Shown one piece after another: positions 34,050 through 44,407 of a stretch of 64,000 nt of DNA. Source of the stretch: a virus; the IMG/VR virus record IMGVR_UViG_3300033512_000452, positions 1 through 64,000 of that record; one strand, written 5' to 3'. A program made the translations under genes and the position numbers. Each line of letters starts with the position of its first letter. The first letter of the stretch is position 1. A model generated the notes under the pieces. That model was not told the DNA's origin. It did no database searches and saw nothing but the letters and a program-made list of their open reading frames with translations.

Positions 34050-34505
34050 ATGAACAGTTATATTTCGCTTGATCACGGAGCTGGTTATATAGGAATGGAA
34101 GATGATAGTATTGTTTCTTTAGAAGATGAAACAATGCTTGTTTCGCAGGATTATTCTCTTGGCTTTTTTTCAACGCCAATGAAAAATTGGGATCCAATAA
34201 TTGTGCGCCCTGCGTCAGTTAAATACACACTCAATGGAGAAGCCTATTCTGTGTATGGGTATGGAAGCAATAAGGAATGGGATGGCTTTATTATTGCTGG
34301 TGTAGCTGAAACAGACGAGCTTTCAAGTGTGGACACTTTACGCGAATTACTTTCCGTTAATGATAATATTCGTTTTACTGACCATTACGGAAACGAGTAT
34401 ACCGTTGTTTCTATTGGGCCATTTCAAGAAAAGCATCTACTGTCTGATTGGGAAAATAAAAATAATCGCGTCTTTATCAAAACAAGACTTGTTGAGGTTA
34501 AATAA
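34050..34505 (+). CDS. distal tail protein candidate
   Basis: ATG at 34050 after GAGGT. 151 aa directly after the tape-measure-position ORF. Confidence 0.5.
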   Translation: MNSYISLDHGAGYIGMEDDSIVSLEDETMLVSQDYSLGFFSTPMKNWDPIIVRPASVKYTLNGEAYSVYGYGSNKEWDGFIIAGVAETDELSSVDTLRELLSVNDNIRFTDHYGNEYTVVSIGPFQEKHLLSDWENKNNRVFIKTRLVEVK

Positions 34506-37500
34506 TGAGGAACTCTTCGTATAAATTCAGTAAAAGTCAGAAGACGAAAAGCAAGATAACAATCGACGATCCACTTCTTCGGTTTTCTGGGTTTTCAATA
34601 AATGACTATGTCGTTTCAAATGACGGGTATTATGGATATGACTCGTCGAGTTTTGATGATACCTTATTGAGGATAGCTACGGTCAATTCTTGTACAACAA
34701 GGCAATTGTTTTATTCGTATTGCGACAATTTGCCAGGCTTGAGTCCGTGGGTAAATTCGGATATTACCGTTTCTTTTAATTCAATCCCTGGATTATTTGG
34801 GAATAGAATTTTCTGGCAAACAGCAGACGGGAAAGTTCACTCCGCAATTATCACAGAAAGTGGGATTACGGATCAGGTAGAGATTTTTACGCAATCTCAA
34901 GAATTAGCCATTGCCCCAATATCTGAAACGGAATTTTATGCGCAATACGTAACCGGCGTATCTAAGCGTGTTTTTTATTACAATACAGCGACAGACGTTA
35001 AACATGAATGGTGCGGTTCTCTTTTTGCGGAAAAACACAGTATTAAATCTTTCGACGCTGAGCGCGTAAATGATATTGATTATGTCTTCACGACAGACGC
35101 TAATGGAAACAGGGCTGTTTGTTTGGAAGTGGACGTTGCTGGTTTTTCTACACCTGAATGGGCTGAGCAGTATTACGTTATTCCAATCGACGTTGTTGAT
35201 GTCGACTCTTTTTTCAATCCGCATTTTGCGAGCGTTCTAAACGGTAACTTATTTCTAACTGGACATCTTGCTCGTCCAGCATCAAAAGGCATGTTGATTT
35301 ACACCAAGGGACCAACATGGTCCCTTGGAAAAGAAATGTTTATTGGCTTCCCTGCAAATACTTATCAAACAGGAAAGTTACATATAATTGGGGATGAGGT
35401 TTGGTATCTTGGTGTTGATTTGCTTTACAAAGCGACTGCTACGTCTTATGTTGGTGTAGATAAATCGTTTGAGATTGATGATTTTTATGATGTTAGAATA
35501 TCAAAATCAGCAAACACAGCGGATACGATTTCTCTTATTGTGAAAAACGCTGATAATATTCGCCCTGGAATGACGTTGAAGTTTGATGGAGTTATAAACG
35601 ACAAAGAGTACAATTACGGCATTTTTGACATAGACAGTATAAATAAGCAAACAAACAGAGATGGACAAGAAATTGTTTTATACGGAAGATCCTTTCCACA
35701 CAAACGGCTCTCGCAGTGGGTGAGTGACAGTAGCCTTGATTACTGGTCACAAACAAAACACAACGCTATGGCTACCGACATCTCTAAAAGCATTAGAAAA
35801 GCAGGTGAATGGGTAACATATGACTCTGGTACAGACAACGAAAATTTGCGCTTAAGATCTATTGGCGATTCAATTATGTATGTCTCAGCAAAATCAAGCA
35901 AAAATTCAACGATGGCTGCTAAATTCAAAAAGCTATCTACTACCGCGACTGATTACGATGGAGTCAGTTATGGTGTTGGTGTAAATTATTACGAAGAAAC
36001 TGTTCTTGACGCAGCGGAACGTCTCGATCGTGAAATTGAAGACGTAGACGAAGATGATCAAAAGTATTACGGGATACTTGCGCTTTGGGGCGTGAAAGAG
36101 CACAATGGATCTGAAGGGATTTCTGTCTATCTTGTAAAAAAAGATGCCCAAACATATATAACATCAGTAGCTTTAAGTGTACCAAATCAAACAGATCACT
36201 GGATTAGTATAAAATGGATCGACGGGCACATTTTCGTTTACTATCGGTTAGATAGCTCAGAAGAGTGGTTGTCTATAATTGATTATCTTTACGATTTAGA
36301 GGAATCGCCATATATAACAGACACAGATCAGTCAGGGCGAGGTTTTGTGTTCGGACGTGTGTCTGAACAATCTGTCTCGACTACATTGTTTCAAGACATT
36401 ACATTTGACGCATCTACAATCCCGGTTACATCACATCAAAACTTCCCAGATACAGGTACGATTAAGATTGATGACGAATCGATTCCTTACACATCCAAAG
36501 GAACACTAACGGAAACAACAACAAAGTACCTGAGCCCGGCGATTATTTACAGGCCAGACTTGGCTCCAACGACAACTCAATGGATTTGGAATAAAAGCGA
36601 TACTGCCAATGTCACTTATACAACACACCGTGTAACACCGGACTTAACAGCTAACAACAGTGTTCTTTATGGTGGAATAAATTACTATAAAACAAAAATC
36701 ACATACCCATTTGATTACTCTGGAAAAAATCTCAACGTATCTATCTATCTCTCTAAACTAAGCAACGTTGGTAGCAACTTACTATTTAGCGCTCAAGATG
36801 ATTCTGGAAACATATTAGCTAATGGGTCCGCGAAGTATGTAATAACAACAAGTATAATCTCTGCTATTCATCCGTCATACAGTTGGGTTAATTTTAAAAT
36901 CCCAGGGTTTACATCCGATAGTGCATGGTTTTCTGTCTCCAACACTGAAATAAGTATACCTTACGTTGCTGGTTCTCCAACTATATATTACTTTATTTCT
37001 ACCGTTAATTTATCAGGAAATGCGCCATACACTTATGGCGGACCTACGTACTATCGGTATTATGCCGACACCCCAGGCACGAATAGAGTATTATCAAATA
37101 CTGCTATCAATTTTAAGATAGAGCTTCCCACACCAGGCACTCAGTATTATCGTCTGTACCTAGGAAATGGCTATACTAGCGTTAATTATATGAATGATAA
37201 CTTAGTCGTAACGTCTGGGACTGGAATTGGTAGAGTTTTCACAAACGTTGGTTCTGGGTATAATTACGTCCTTGTTTTAGAGGATACATCAACAATTGAC
37301 AACACTTCCAGTTTGAAATTCTTTTCGCAAACAACTCGAAGTTTAAATGTTTTTTATGTTAATCGTCAAAGTAATTCGTCAATTCATTTAGCTGGGGCGA
37401 GCGTTTCTTTGGTAGAGAATTTAACTGTTGAATCTTGCCCATTCTCTGTAACGGACACCAGGTATTACTCAAGTGAAAAAGATATAACTGTATCAGATAT

Positions 37501-39040
37501 GATAATAGAGCTTTGTGCCAAAGCTGGCGTTTCGTGCAGTTCGAAGAAATTAATAAACAAATCCGTATTGATAGGGACGCCGTGGGATATTTACATTCCA
37601 GAAAGCTCTGTTTTTTGCAATTACGAATCATTCAACGCTGACGATAATATTATTGTCGTTGATGATTACTCTGATCTCCCTTCGTCTGGGGTTGCGGAGA
37701 TAGATGACGAGAATATTTATTACGGACAAAAATCAACACAAGAAAGGACTTTGTTCGAATCTTTTTTTGTTGAAAGTATTGGTGATATAGCATCTGGCAA
37801 TTTATCCTTAACAGGCCGACGTGTTTACTTAAAAGATTTTGACGCTGCGTCCGTAACTGTTTCACTGAAAGTTATTGTTGTGTCTGGAAAGGGATCTGGG
37901 CGCTCGTTTAATGTGTCTAATATTCCAGACACGTCAACTGATTCGTTTATTGAATTTAACGAAAACACGTCAAGTATACTCGATACAACCTCTAAAATAT
38001 CATTCGTGGTCACTGATAACACATTGGTAAATATCATTAGAGGCTACCAGGGCACTCGCCCAGCCACACACGAGAGTGGTACTATGTATATTCAGGTGAG
38101 CGAAAGTGGTCTTGTTAATGATGTTACAATTCGCAACAAGCGTAATTTTATAGTTGATTTAGAATACTTATTTGTTGGAGAGGAGGAGGTTGGTGTCTAT
38201 GGTTTGTCTTATGGAGATCAAGCTGTCATACTCACAGTGAACAGCAGTGGGGTTAGGTATTATAGCTACATTAACGGCGAAAAAACACTTATCGAACAAT
38301 TTCCATATCCATCTTCTGGCGGAAAAATAAAGATATCTTTATTTGAGGATACAATATCTATTTGGGTGAATAAGAAATTCGTTCATTCGTTTTATGTATC
38401 AGATAATCACTACACAGAGGTAAAGGAAAACGAATACTGCATGGGTCTAATTTCATCAGAGTCTGTTTCTGTTTTTTACTCTATTGACGAAATCAGCAAC
38501 AGGGTCGATAACTGCATTCTTGATATTGGACAGACCGGGGATCAAATTCTTACGTCTATTATTGGAGAGAAAAAAGTTTACACAAAAACAGCAGAAAATG
38601 GAGCTCTTGAAGTGTTTTTATCCAGAGACGAGATTGCTGAGGAGATAGAGGGATCTTTTGAGTTTGCTGAATCGTGGTCTGACGCTAACAGTTTCTCTCG
38701 TTTACGCGTTGAAGGGATTTCCTTTTGCGAGCGTTATGATGAATTTTTAATGCGTAATTACGGGAACACTTTTAGATTATTAAACTCCAACGAATCAAAC
38801 GAAGAGTACGAGATAATTAGTTTTGCTGATTTAGAGTTAAATGATATTGGTTCGAATGTTAAACTTGTGCGAATGCTTGGGTTTGCCGATCCAAGAGTTG
38901 AAGTGCACGATAAAATAAACACAACTAAAGGCCAAATACTTGTTGATTCAATTTCTTACTCATTTAACACAACGGAGCAAGATGTAACATTTGAATTTGA
39001 TATATCCGGCAGGGTTCCGAGAGAAAACATAGGTGAATAA
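34505..39040 (+). CDS. large tail tip / host-recognition protein (1511 aa)
   Basis: Position after the Dit-like gene; size fits. No motif recognised. Confidence 0.6.
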   Translation: MRNSSYKFSKSQKTKSKITIDDPLLRFSGFSINDYVVSNDGYYGYDSSSFDDTLLRIATVNSCTTRQLFYSYCDNLPGLSPWVNSDITVSFNSIPGLFGNRIFWQTADGKVHSAIITESGITDQVEIFTQSQELAIAPISETEFYAQYVTGVSKRVFYYNTATDVKHEWCGSLFAEKHSIKSFDAERVNDIDYVFTTDANGNRAVCLEVDVAGFSTPEWAEQYYVIPIDVVDVDSFFNPHFASVLNGNLFLTGHLARPASKGMLIYTKGPTWSLGKEMFIGFPANTYQTGKLHIIGDEVWYLGVDLLYKATATSYVGVDKSFEIDDFYDVRISKSANTADTISLIVKNADNIRPGMTLKFDGVINDKEYNYGIFDIDSINKQTNRDGQEIVLYGRSFPHKRLSQWVSDSSLDYWSQTKHNAMATDISKSIRKAGEWVTYDSGTDNENLRLRSIGDSIMYVSAKSSKNSTMAAKFKKLSTTATDYDGVSYGVGVNYYEETVLDAAERLDREIEDVDEDDQKYYGILALWGVKEHNGSEGISVYLVKKDAQTYITSVALSVPNQTDHWISIKWIDGHIFVYYRLDSSEEWLSIIDYLYDLEESPYITDTDQSGRGFVFGRVSEQSVSTTLFQDITFDASTIPVTSHQNFPDTGTIKIDDESIPYTSKGTLTETTTKYLSPAIIYRPDLAPTTTQWIWNKSDTANVTYTTHRVTPDLTANNSVLYGGINYYKTKITYPFDYSGKNLNVSIYLSKLSNVGSNLLFSAQDDSGNILANGSAKYVITTSIISAIHPSYSWVNFKIPGFTSDSAWFSVSNTEISIPYVAGSPTIYYFISTVNLSGNAPYTYGGPTYYRYYADTPGTNRVLSNTAINFKIELPTPGTQYYRLYLGNGYTSVNYMNDNLVVTSGTGIGRVFTNVGSGYNYVLVLEDTSTIDNTSSLKFFSQTTRSLNVFYVNRQSNSSIHLAGASVSLVENLTVESCPFSVTDTRYYSSEKDITVSDMIIELCAKAGVSCSSKKLINKSVLIGTPWDIYIPESSVFCNYESFNADDNIIVVDDYSDLPSSGVAEIDDENIYYGQKSTQERTLFESFFVESIGDIASGNLSLTGRRVYLKDFDAASVTVSLKVIVVSGKGSGRSFNVSNIPDTSTDSFIEFNENTSSILDTTSKISFVVTDNTLVNIIRGYQGTRPATHESGTMYIQVSESGLVNDVTIRNKRNFIVDLEYLFVGEEEVGVYGLSYGDQAVILTVNSSGVRYYSYINGEKTLIEQFPYPSSGGKIKISLFEDTISIWVNKKFVHSFYVSDNHYTEVKENEYCMGLISSESVSVFYSIDEISNRVDNCILDIGQTGDQILTSIIGEKKVYTKTAENGALEVFLSRDEIAEEIEGSFEFAESWSDANSFSRLRVEGISFCERYDEFLMRNYGNTFRLLNSNESNEEYEIISFADLELNDIGSNVKLVRMLGFADPRVEVHDKINTTKGQILVDSISYSFNTTEQDVTFEFDISGRVPRENIGE

Positions 39041-39261
39041 TGAAAGTTAGGCGCGGAAAAACATTAAAAAATTCCAGGACGAGATCAAACATTGTTGCTA
39101 GTGTTTACAAAATAAATGGTAACACACTTGATATTCGTGTTTCTGGATCCCCCTCAACACTTAAGCATGTCTTCTTAAGCGGCGACATGTCTAGTGTGTC
39201 CGTTGGTGATTCTGTTTTAATTACTTGGGTAAACAGCAGACCTGTCGCTCTGCTCATGTAA
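39040..39261 (+). CDS. hypothetical protein
   Basis: TAATG overlap with the upstream gene. Last gene of the plus-strand module. Confidence 0.55.
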   Translation: MKVRRGKTLKNSRTRSNIVASVYKINGNTLDIRVSGSPSTLKHVFLSGDMSSVSVGDSVLITWVNSRPVALLM

Positions 39262-39264
39262 TAA

Positions 39265-39298
39265 TACAAAAGGGATGCCTTCAAGCACCCCTTTTGTA
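39265..39298. terminator. bidirectional terminator between the convergent modules
   Basis: TACAAAAGGG-14 nt-CCCTTTTGTA. Confidence 0.75.
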
Positions 39299-39323
39299 TT
39301 ACTCTAATCATAGTACCTGATGA

Positions 39324-39530
39324 TCAAAGGGAGTATTGGCACATCCCGCTATCGTTGTGACCAATCAATTTAATCGTTCCGTTTCGATAAAGATTATCGA
39401 GTTGATTTGAGTATTTATGCCAATCTTCCGGCGTGTCTCCAATCTCACGTTTGAACCAACTTGCTTTAATTGCGTCTGTTGGACCGGCGTCTAACGCTGC
39501 TTTTGTTCGTTCCTCAACTGTCATTGTCAT
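39324..39530 (-). CDS. hypothetical protein
   Basis: ORF track entry. Confidence 0.6.
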   Translation of the reverse strand: MTMTVEERTKAALDAGPTDAIKASWFKREIGDTPEDWHKYSNQLDNLYRNGTIKLIGHNDSGMCQYSL

Positions 39531-39532
39531 CC

Positions 39533-39775
39533 TTACACCCCATATTGCTCGGCGATATCTTCTTCGTTTAATTTTTTAACCCATCGCTGAACCAGTGTAT
39601 AAAACCTCTGTGTTCCGACAAATATCTGTTTACCATTCTCTACAAACCAATCCACACCATCACCCAGGCAGACTTCTGCCTGGGTTTCTGTGTTGGCGAG
39701 ATAGAAGGCGGAAGATCCTTCGTAGACAATAAATCTTCCGTTTTTAGCAAGTACCTTTGAGGCTGTTGCTTCCAT
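39533..39775 (-). CDS. hypothetical protein
   Basis: ORF track entry. Confidence 0.6.
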   Translation of the reverse strand: MEATASKVLAKNGRFIVYEGSSAFYLANTETQAEVCLGDGVDWFVENGKQIFVGTQRFYTLVQRWVKKLNEEDIAEQYGV

Positions 39776-39781
39776 GTTTCT

Positions 39782-41608
39782 TTACATTTCTCCTTCCAAT
39801 TTATGGAATTCGCAAATAATGTTTGCGATTTCATTCCCGGGATAACCTTCATCATCAACGCTCACCGTCATGGAGTTCTTCCCTCCAGTCGGCTTACTGA
39901 AGATGTGGTGGCGATCTTTCGCTTCATATCTGTATCCTCCGACAATCATTGGCTGGAAAAGCGCCGTTCGCTTCCCTTCCGTGCCGGATACAAGGTGAAT
40001 GATCTCGTCAAATCCTTTCGGGAAGGTGTCTTTAAACCCACCTTGCAACGAGAACGTTTTGTATCCAGGTTTTGTATCATCGCCTTCTGTCTGTTTGATG
40101 TGGGAGATGACAACGACATGCACTGGCAGCGCCATCCATTGCAGAACGATTGGATAGACGACATTAAAGAGATCTCCCCATTCCTGGACCGTCATGCGGG
40201 TTTTCCCTTTTAGGACCCCATAGAACTTCTCATTCTCTTGGAATTGGTCAATACTGTCGATGATGACAGTTTTTACGGGGATAACCTTCTTTTCACCCTT
40301 GTAGTCGATGTGGTACATCAAAGACCCGTTCTCGAGTTTGGAGTTGTTCAACTCGGCTAACTTTTGGCTGAGAACACTCTTGGTGTTTGCTGAAGGTTCG
40401 ATTGTGATCCGGTTTGCCCTAGCCGATCCCGATCCTTTTTCGAGATCTAAAAAGAGCGGATCTGGCATCGTAGCAGAGAGCCGAGTGTTGTGCGTTACGA
40501 TATAGTTGTCTGTAACATATAACTGGTTTTCAGAATCCAGCATGATGCACTGCGCCTCTTTTTGGCCTATCTTTTCTATTGATTTGATGTAACGATATGG
40601 AGGATATTTTGATCCAGGGTTGTATTTGTCAGCTTTTCTCTGGAGCCTGAACGGGCTCACATCTCTAGGCAAGGATACAGTGATTCTATAAGACTCCCTG
40701 CAAGGAATTCTTATGCTATTTTTTATATAACTAGAAGATCTTTTTACAACCTTTGCCACTCCTCCAATTGACTGAATCAACTCAATAACATCTTCGGAAA
40801 GCAACCTAGACGAAGTTGAAAATTCAACGTTTGCTTTTGATGGATACCCATCTGTGTCAAATAAGCCCTGTAGAATCGCCACTCGGTTGTTAAATGTTGA
40901 GTATTTATATTTATGAGGAATGAATTTTTCGTGACTGTATAATCCCCACAAACTCAAATCCTCCAGCATCACCTTGACTGGATTTGGATGCGATGTTCTG
41001 TTCTCTTTTCTAATCGAAAAGTTGCAACCTTGAATATTTTTAACAATTATTCCATCTGGGACGTTACGTCGCAAATGATCGATTAATTCAGTATCCGATT
41101 TACTAAACATTGGCGTATTACGTGTAAATCCACCATCCCCAAGCAAAAGACCGAGTGTGTACGGATCAATATCCAATGTTTCTTGTTGGTCGAAGTCGAA
41201 TTTTTTTATCATCGGGACGAATTGAAATCTATTCCTAGATAAAGTATCCATTTTTGAAAGAATCTCCGACGTGCTCCTTACAGACCATCCTCTCTTATTT
41301 TGTCGTTGGTCGTGATGTTGAACAGTCCATAAGTGTTCTGCGCAAGCCTCTGTGCTAAACCGATCATTGAAGTTGATCTTATAAATTTCCTTCTTCCCCT
41401 GCGGGAATACTCCAACAATAGTTGCTTTACCTCCGTCTGGATTAATTACTTTATCTCCTACTTTCGCATCTCCCATTCTCATCCAACCATCAGGGGTAAG
41501 AATTTTTGATTCAAGGCTTTGAGCCTTACCGGCGCCAGGTGCGCCAAGTATGCAAATTCTAGCCGGTCCATAATTCGGCTTTTCTGCGTCTGGAAAATAA
41601 AAAGTCAT
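39782..41608 (-). CDS. Sak4-like (AAA_24/RecA-fold) recombination ATPase interrupted by an intein
   Basis: Joining the exteins gives ICILGAPGAGK|TRLSATMPDPLFLDLEKG, which restores the Walker A GxxGxGKT. VIIDSIDQF is Walker B-like. Confidence 0.8.
   Translation of the reverse strand: MTFYFPDAEKPNYGPARICILGAPGAGKAQSLESKILTPDGWMRMGDAKVGDKVINPDGGKATIVGVFPQGKKEIYKINFNDRFSTEACAEHLWTVQHHDQRQNKRGWSVRSTSEILSKMDTLSRNRFQFVPMIKKFDFDQQETLDIDPYTLGLLLGDGGFTRNTPMFSKSDTELIDHLRRNVPDGIIVKNIQGCNFSIRKENRTSHPNPVKVMLEDLSLWGLYSHEKFIPHKYKYSTFNNRVAILQGLFDTDGYPSKANVEFSTSSRLLSEDVIELIQSIGGVAKVVKRSSSYIKNSIRIPCRESYRITVSLPRDVSPFRLQRKADKYNPGSKYPPYRYIKSIEKIGQKEAQCIMLDSENQLYVTDNYIVTHNTRLSATMPDPLFLDLEKGSGSARANRITIEPSANTKSVLSQKLAELNNSKLENGSLMYHIDYKGEKKVIPVKTVIIDSIDQFQENEKFYGVLKGKTRMTVQEWGDLFNVVYPIVLQWMALPVHVVVISHIKQTEGDDTKPGYKTFSLQGGFKDTFPKGFDEIIHLVSGTEGKRTALFQPMIVGGYRYEAKDRHHIFSKPTGGKNSMTVSVDDEGYPGNEIANIICEFHKLEGEM
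40487..41524 (-). mobile_element. intein (346 aa) with LAGLIDADG homing-endonuclease domain; class-3-like (WCT) features
   Basis: Starts AQSLESKILTPDGW and ends YIVTHN, followed by Thr as the +1 residue. Two LAGLIDADG motifs (LGLLLGDGGF, LQGLFDTDGY). Block B EHLW, block F Cys (AQCIMLD), and Thr before HN. Confidence 0.8.
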
Positions 41609-41949
41609 ATAGGTTCTCCTTCAAACACGAATTCAATTGGTGTTGGATCTTCGATCCAGTTTGCTGGGAGATTGTCTTCAACGAAGTAAGCGAACTTACT
41701 GGCTCCCAAAGCGCTTTCGTTGTAAGAAATAACAACTTCCATGTACGATCCGAATTCATGGCGAAATGTCCTGGTGCAGAAATAAACAAGACCCTTGATG
41801 GTTTCCGGCACCGGAAATGTTTTTTCGAGTTGATCCCTGTACCGATTGCACTCTGCTTGCATTTCGGAAAAGTAGTCCCTTTTGGAGATCACTTGCACAC
41901 AACTTTCGTCACATGGCGTACTTCCTAATTCCAAATAATCGTACATCAC
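41605..41949 (-). CDS. hypothetical protein
   Basis: ORF track entry. Confidence 0.6.
   Translation of the reverse strand: MMYDYLELGSTPCDESCVQVISKRDYFSEMQAECNRYRDQLEKTFPVPETIKGLVYFCTRTFRHEFGSYMEVVISYNESALGASKFAYFVEDNLPANWIEDPTPIEFVFEGEPI
41802..41817. repeat. one-mismatch palindrome variant TTTCCGGCACCGGAAA
   Basis: Inside the ORF at 41605-41949, read as FPVPE on the minus strand. Confidence 0.85.
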
Positions 41950-42722
41950 ACAGCCTCCTTGACTGTTGCAAACTCACAGTCTTGAACAGAACAATAACGG
42001 CAGAGCCAGCTATCTTCCGGCGCCGGTGGGCAATTCGTCTCAATCGCAGTTTTTAACGTGTGGCTTCTTTCGCTCAAATCGGCATCGATGTCAATATGAG
42101 GTACCTTCATCTGAACTGCTCCAAGATGTCCGTTTGGATATTGCCTAAAACAAGTAGGGCAAGTCGTAACACCGTCAATAATCCGAAGTGTGTTCTTGCA
42201 TTTTGAGCACTTGGTCGGGCCGCTCATGTCGATATATTGGATAAACATATCCTTTACGTTTCCGCCATCACCCTCGAGGAGCTTACGGTAATAATTAACC
42301 TGCCCTTCATGGGACCCATACGGCAAGTTATCCTTCGATAACCAGCGGGTTGTCTTCCAATCAATCAGAGTTTCGCCGTCAAAGTAATCCACCTTGCCGA
42401 CAATGTCTCCGTTTGATACGGGGATTTCAGAGGATTCGTTCGTGTCCTCGATGTATTTATGGACAGCGTTTCCGATAAATAACACCAGAAGATCGTGGAT
42501 ATAAGGCGGTTCTGGGTTGACCTTAGAAAAGTAAGATTTTCTTAAACAGGACGTGATATCCGTAACATGGATCTCACCGGTGCGATCCTCGCTGCCAGCA
42601 AGCATCGCTTTTAATAGGGGGTACGAATACCCACATGGGGGCGTTTTGCTCGTTACAGCGCATTCTAGGCACGTTTTAGAGTCAATTACACCGTACTTGT
42701 CGCCGCTACATTTGATATTCAT
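41946..42722 (-). CDS. PD-(D/E)xK nuclease, Cas4/RecB-like, with Cys cluster and inserted zinc ribbon
   Basis: GNAVHKYIE; VDYF...LIDWKTT (D...DxK); QVNYY (QxxxY). N-terminal Cys residues plus C-terminal CRYCSVQDC. Insert CSKCKN...CPTC. Confidence 0.7.
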   Translation of the reverse strand: MNIKCSGDKYGVIDSKTCLECAVTSKTPPCGYSYPLLKAMLAGSEDRTGEIHVTDITSCLRKSYFSKVNPEPPYIHDLLVLFIGNAVHKYIEDTNESSEIPVSNGDIVGKVDYFDGETLIDWKTTRWLSKDNLPYGSHEGQVNYYRKLLEGDGGNVKDMFIQYIDMSGPTKCSKCKNTLRIIDGVTTCPTCFRQYPNGHLGAVQMKVPHIDIDADLSERSHTLKTAIETNCPPAPEDSWLCRYCSVQDCEFATVKEAV

Positions 42723-42723
42723 T

Positions 42724-42993
42724 TTACTTATTCACTAATGCTGTTCCGCTTGGCGCTTCGATATGAACGAATGGATATCTCTCCATCAAGAGAAGCGCAA
42801 ACCAGGGCGTTTCGATTGCGAGGATCCCAGGGTGGGCGTTGAAGTTTACCAGCGATTGGTAGACCGGTTCAATGTTCAACTGCGCGCCGGGAACAATATT
42901 GATGCCTTTCAGTAAACTGAAATAGCGATTTTCCATCTTGAAGATGAAACCTTTAATTTCTCCAACCTGATCGTCTTTTAAATATATTTTCAA
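42724..42993 (-). CDS. hypothetical protein
   Basis: ORF track entry. Confidence 0.6.
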   Translation of the reverse strand: MKIYLKDDQVGEIKGFIFKMENRYFSLLKGINIVPGAQLNIEPVYQSLVNFNAHPGILAIETPWFALLLMERYPFVHIEAPSGTALVNK

Positions 42994-43002
42994 TGTGTTC
43001 TC

Positions 43003-44391
43003 CTAGAATTCGATTTCACGGTATGAGTTGATACGCCGCCATTCACGAGGTAGCGTTTTAAAATCATTAGTATGCTTGTGGTAAGCAACCTCTTCTGTAT
43101 CCCCTGTCTTTCCAATTGAGTTTTTAAGTACAGCAAACTTGATCACGTCTACGACGATCTTATCCATGCCCACAAAAGCGCCGCCTTTATCGACGTTTTC
43201 AGGGAACTTCATCAAGTCAGATTCCGTCGCTTCTTGGGAGTATGGCGCTACGATCTTCTTCGCTGCCTGCTCCCCGGCGTAGAGGATATCTGCCATCGTT
43301 GGACGCTTTCCTCTCGGGGCGCTTTGGTTGTACCCTTCCCGTTTTAATTGACTGGTCACAATGACCGGGATCCCCGTTTCCTGTGCGATTGAGCGTAACT
43401 GCTGAGCGGCCTGCAAGACCACTTCGTATTTGCCGCTGTCTGCGCCGCGGATAAGCTGGAGGTAATCCAGTTGGATTATTTTGATATCTTCGTGCCTTGC
43501 TAACTCCGAGCGAATGAACATGGTAACTTCGTCAATCGTTTCGATCCCCATGTCTTTGATGTAAAGAGGTAGGTTGATAATCTTCCCTCTCGCTTCCGCC
43601 ACGGCTTCCAGTTCCTGCTCGGAGAGATTTCTTGGGTCGCGGATCTTTGCGTTGTTAATCCCTGTAAGCATGGCGAGCGAGTTGATCATAAAATAGTCAT
43701 GCGGGTTTTCGAAATTAAGCACCAGTACGCCATTTCCGTCCATAGCTGTGTGCAGAGCTTCGTAGCGCAGGATGGTAGATTTGCCGCCGCCGGGACGAGA
43801 CGGGATAATCACAAAATCCCCCTGGTCCACAAAGTCAACAATTTTCTGGATGGCTTGGATTCGAAAATACCACGGCACCTTTGTCATGTTTCCCTGGCGC
43901 AGCCCTTCAAATCGCTCGTCGAACTCCGGCAGCATTTCTCCGATAGCCATTGCGTTCTCATGCTTGCGGCGCCGCAAAGAGATCAACTTCTGAGTGTACA
44001 GAGCTATGATCTCTTCTGGTTTCTTCCCGTTCTTCGTGTCAGCACTCATCAAAGCGGCGTAATGTCCGATCTGGCGTTTTAAAGAGAGCTCCTCTACTTT
44101 GTCAGCAGAAGTGATAATTGACAGCGGATCTGCACGTCCCTTTAGATATTCCAGGTACGCTTCTCCGCGGTTCTTGATACTTCCAATCGTATCTAGCGTT
44201 CCATTTTCTCGCATAGTTTCTGTAACAGTGCGCATGGTTACAATCCCTGATTTTTGCACCTCAAGGATTGTCTTCCATATTTCTTTGTTCGATTCGACAA
44301 CAAAGTCACCCGGCGATAGGTGACTTGTTTCTGGGATACAACCATGGTCGACCAATACTGATCCAATAACCGTCTCTTCCCATTCACTCAT
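43003..44391 (-). CDS. dnaB: replicative DNA helicase, DnaB family
   Basis: Walker A PSRPGGGKST, QLDYLQLI, and VTSQLKREG (SQLxR-like). 462 aa. Confidence 0.85.
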   Translation of the reverse strand: MSEWEETVIGSVLVDHGCIPETSHLSPGDFVVESNKEIWKTILEVQKSGIVTMRTVTETMRENGTLDTIGSIKNRGEAYLEYLKGRADPLSIITSADKVEELSLKRQIGHYAALMSADTKNGKKPEEIIALYTQKLISLRRRKHENAMAIGEMLPEFDERFEGLRQGNMTKVPWYFRIQAIQKIVDFVDQGDFVIIPSRPGGGKSTILRYEALHTAMDGNGVLVLNFENPHDYFMINSLAMLTGINNAKIRDPRNLSEQELEAVAEARGKIINLPLYIKDMGIETIDEVTMFIRSELARHEDIKIIQLDYLQLIRGADSGKYEVVLQAAQQLRSIAQETGIPVIVTSQLKREGYNQSAPRGKRPTMADILYAGEQAAKKIVAPYSQEATESDLMKFPENVDKGGAFVGMDKIVVDVIKFAVLKNSIGKTGDTEEVAYHKHTNDFKTLPREWRRINSYREIEF

Positions 44392-44407
44392 TGACTTCTC
44401 CTTATTT

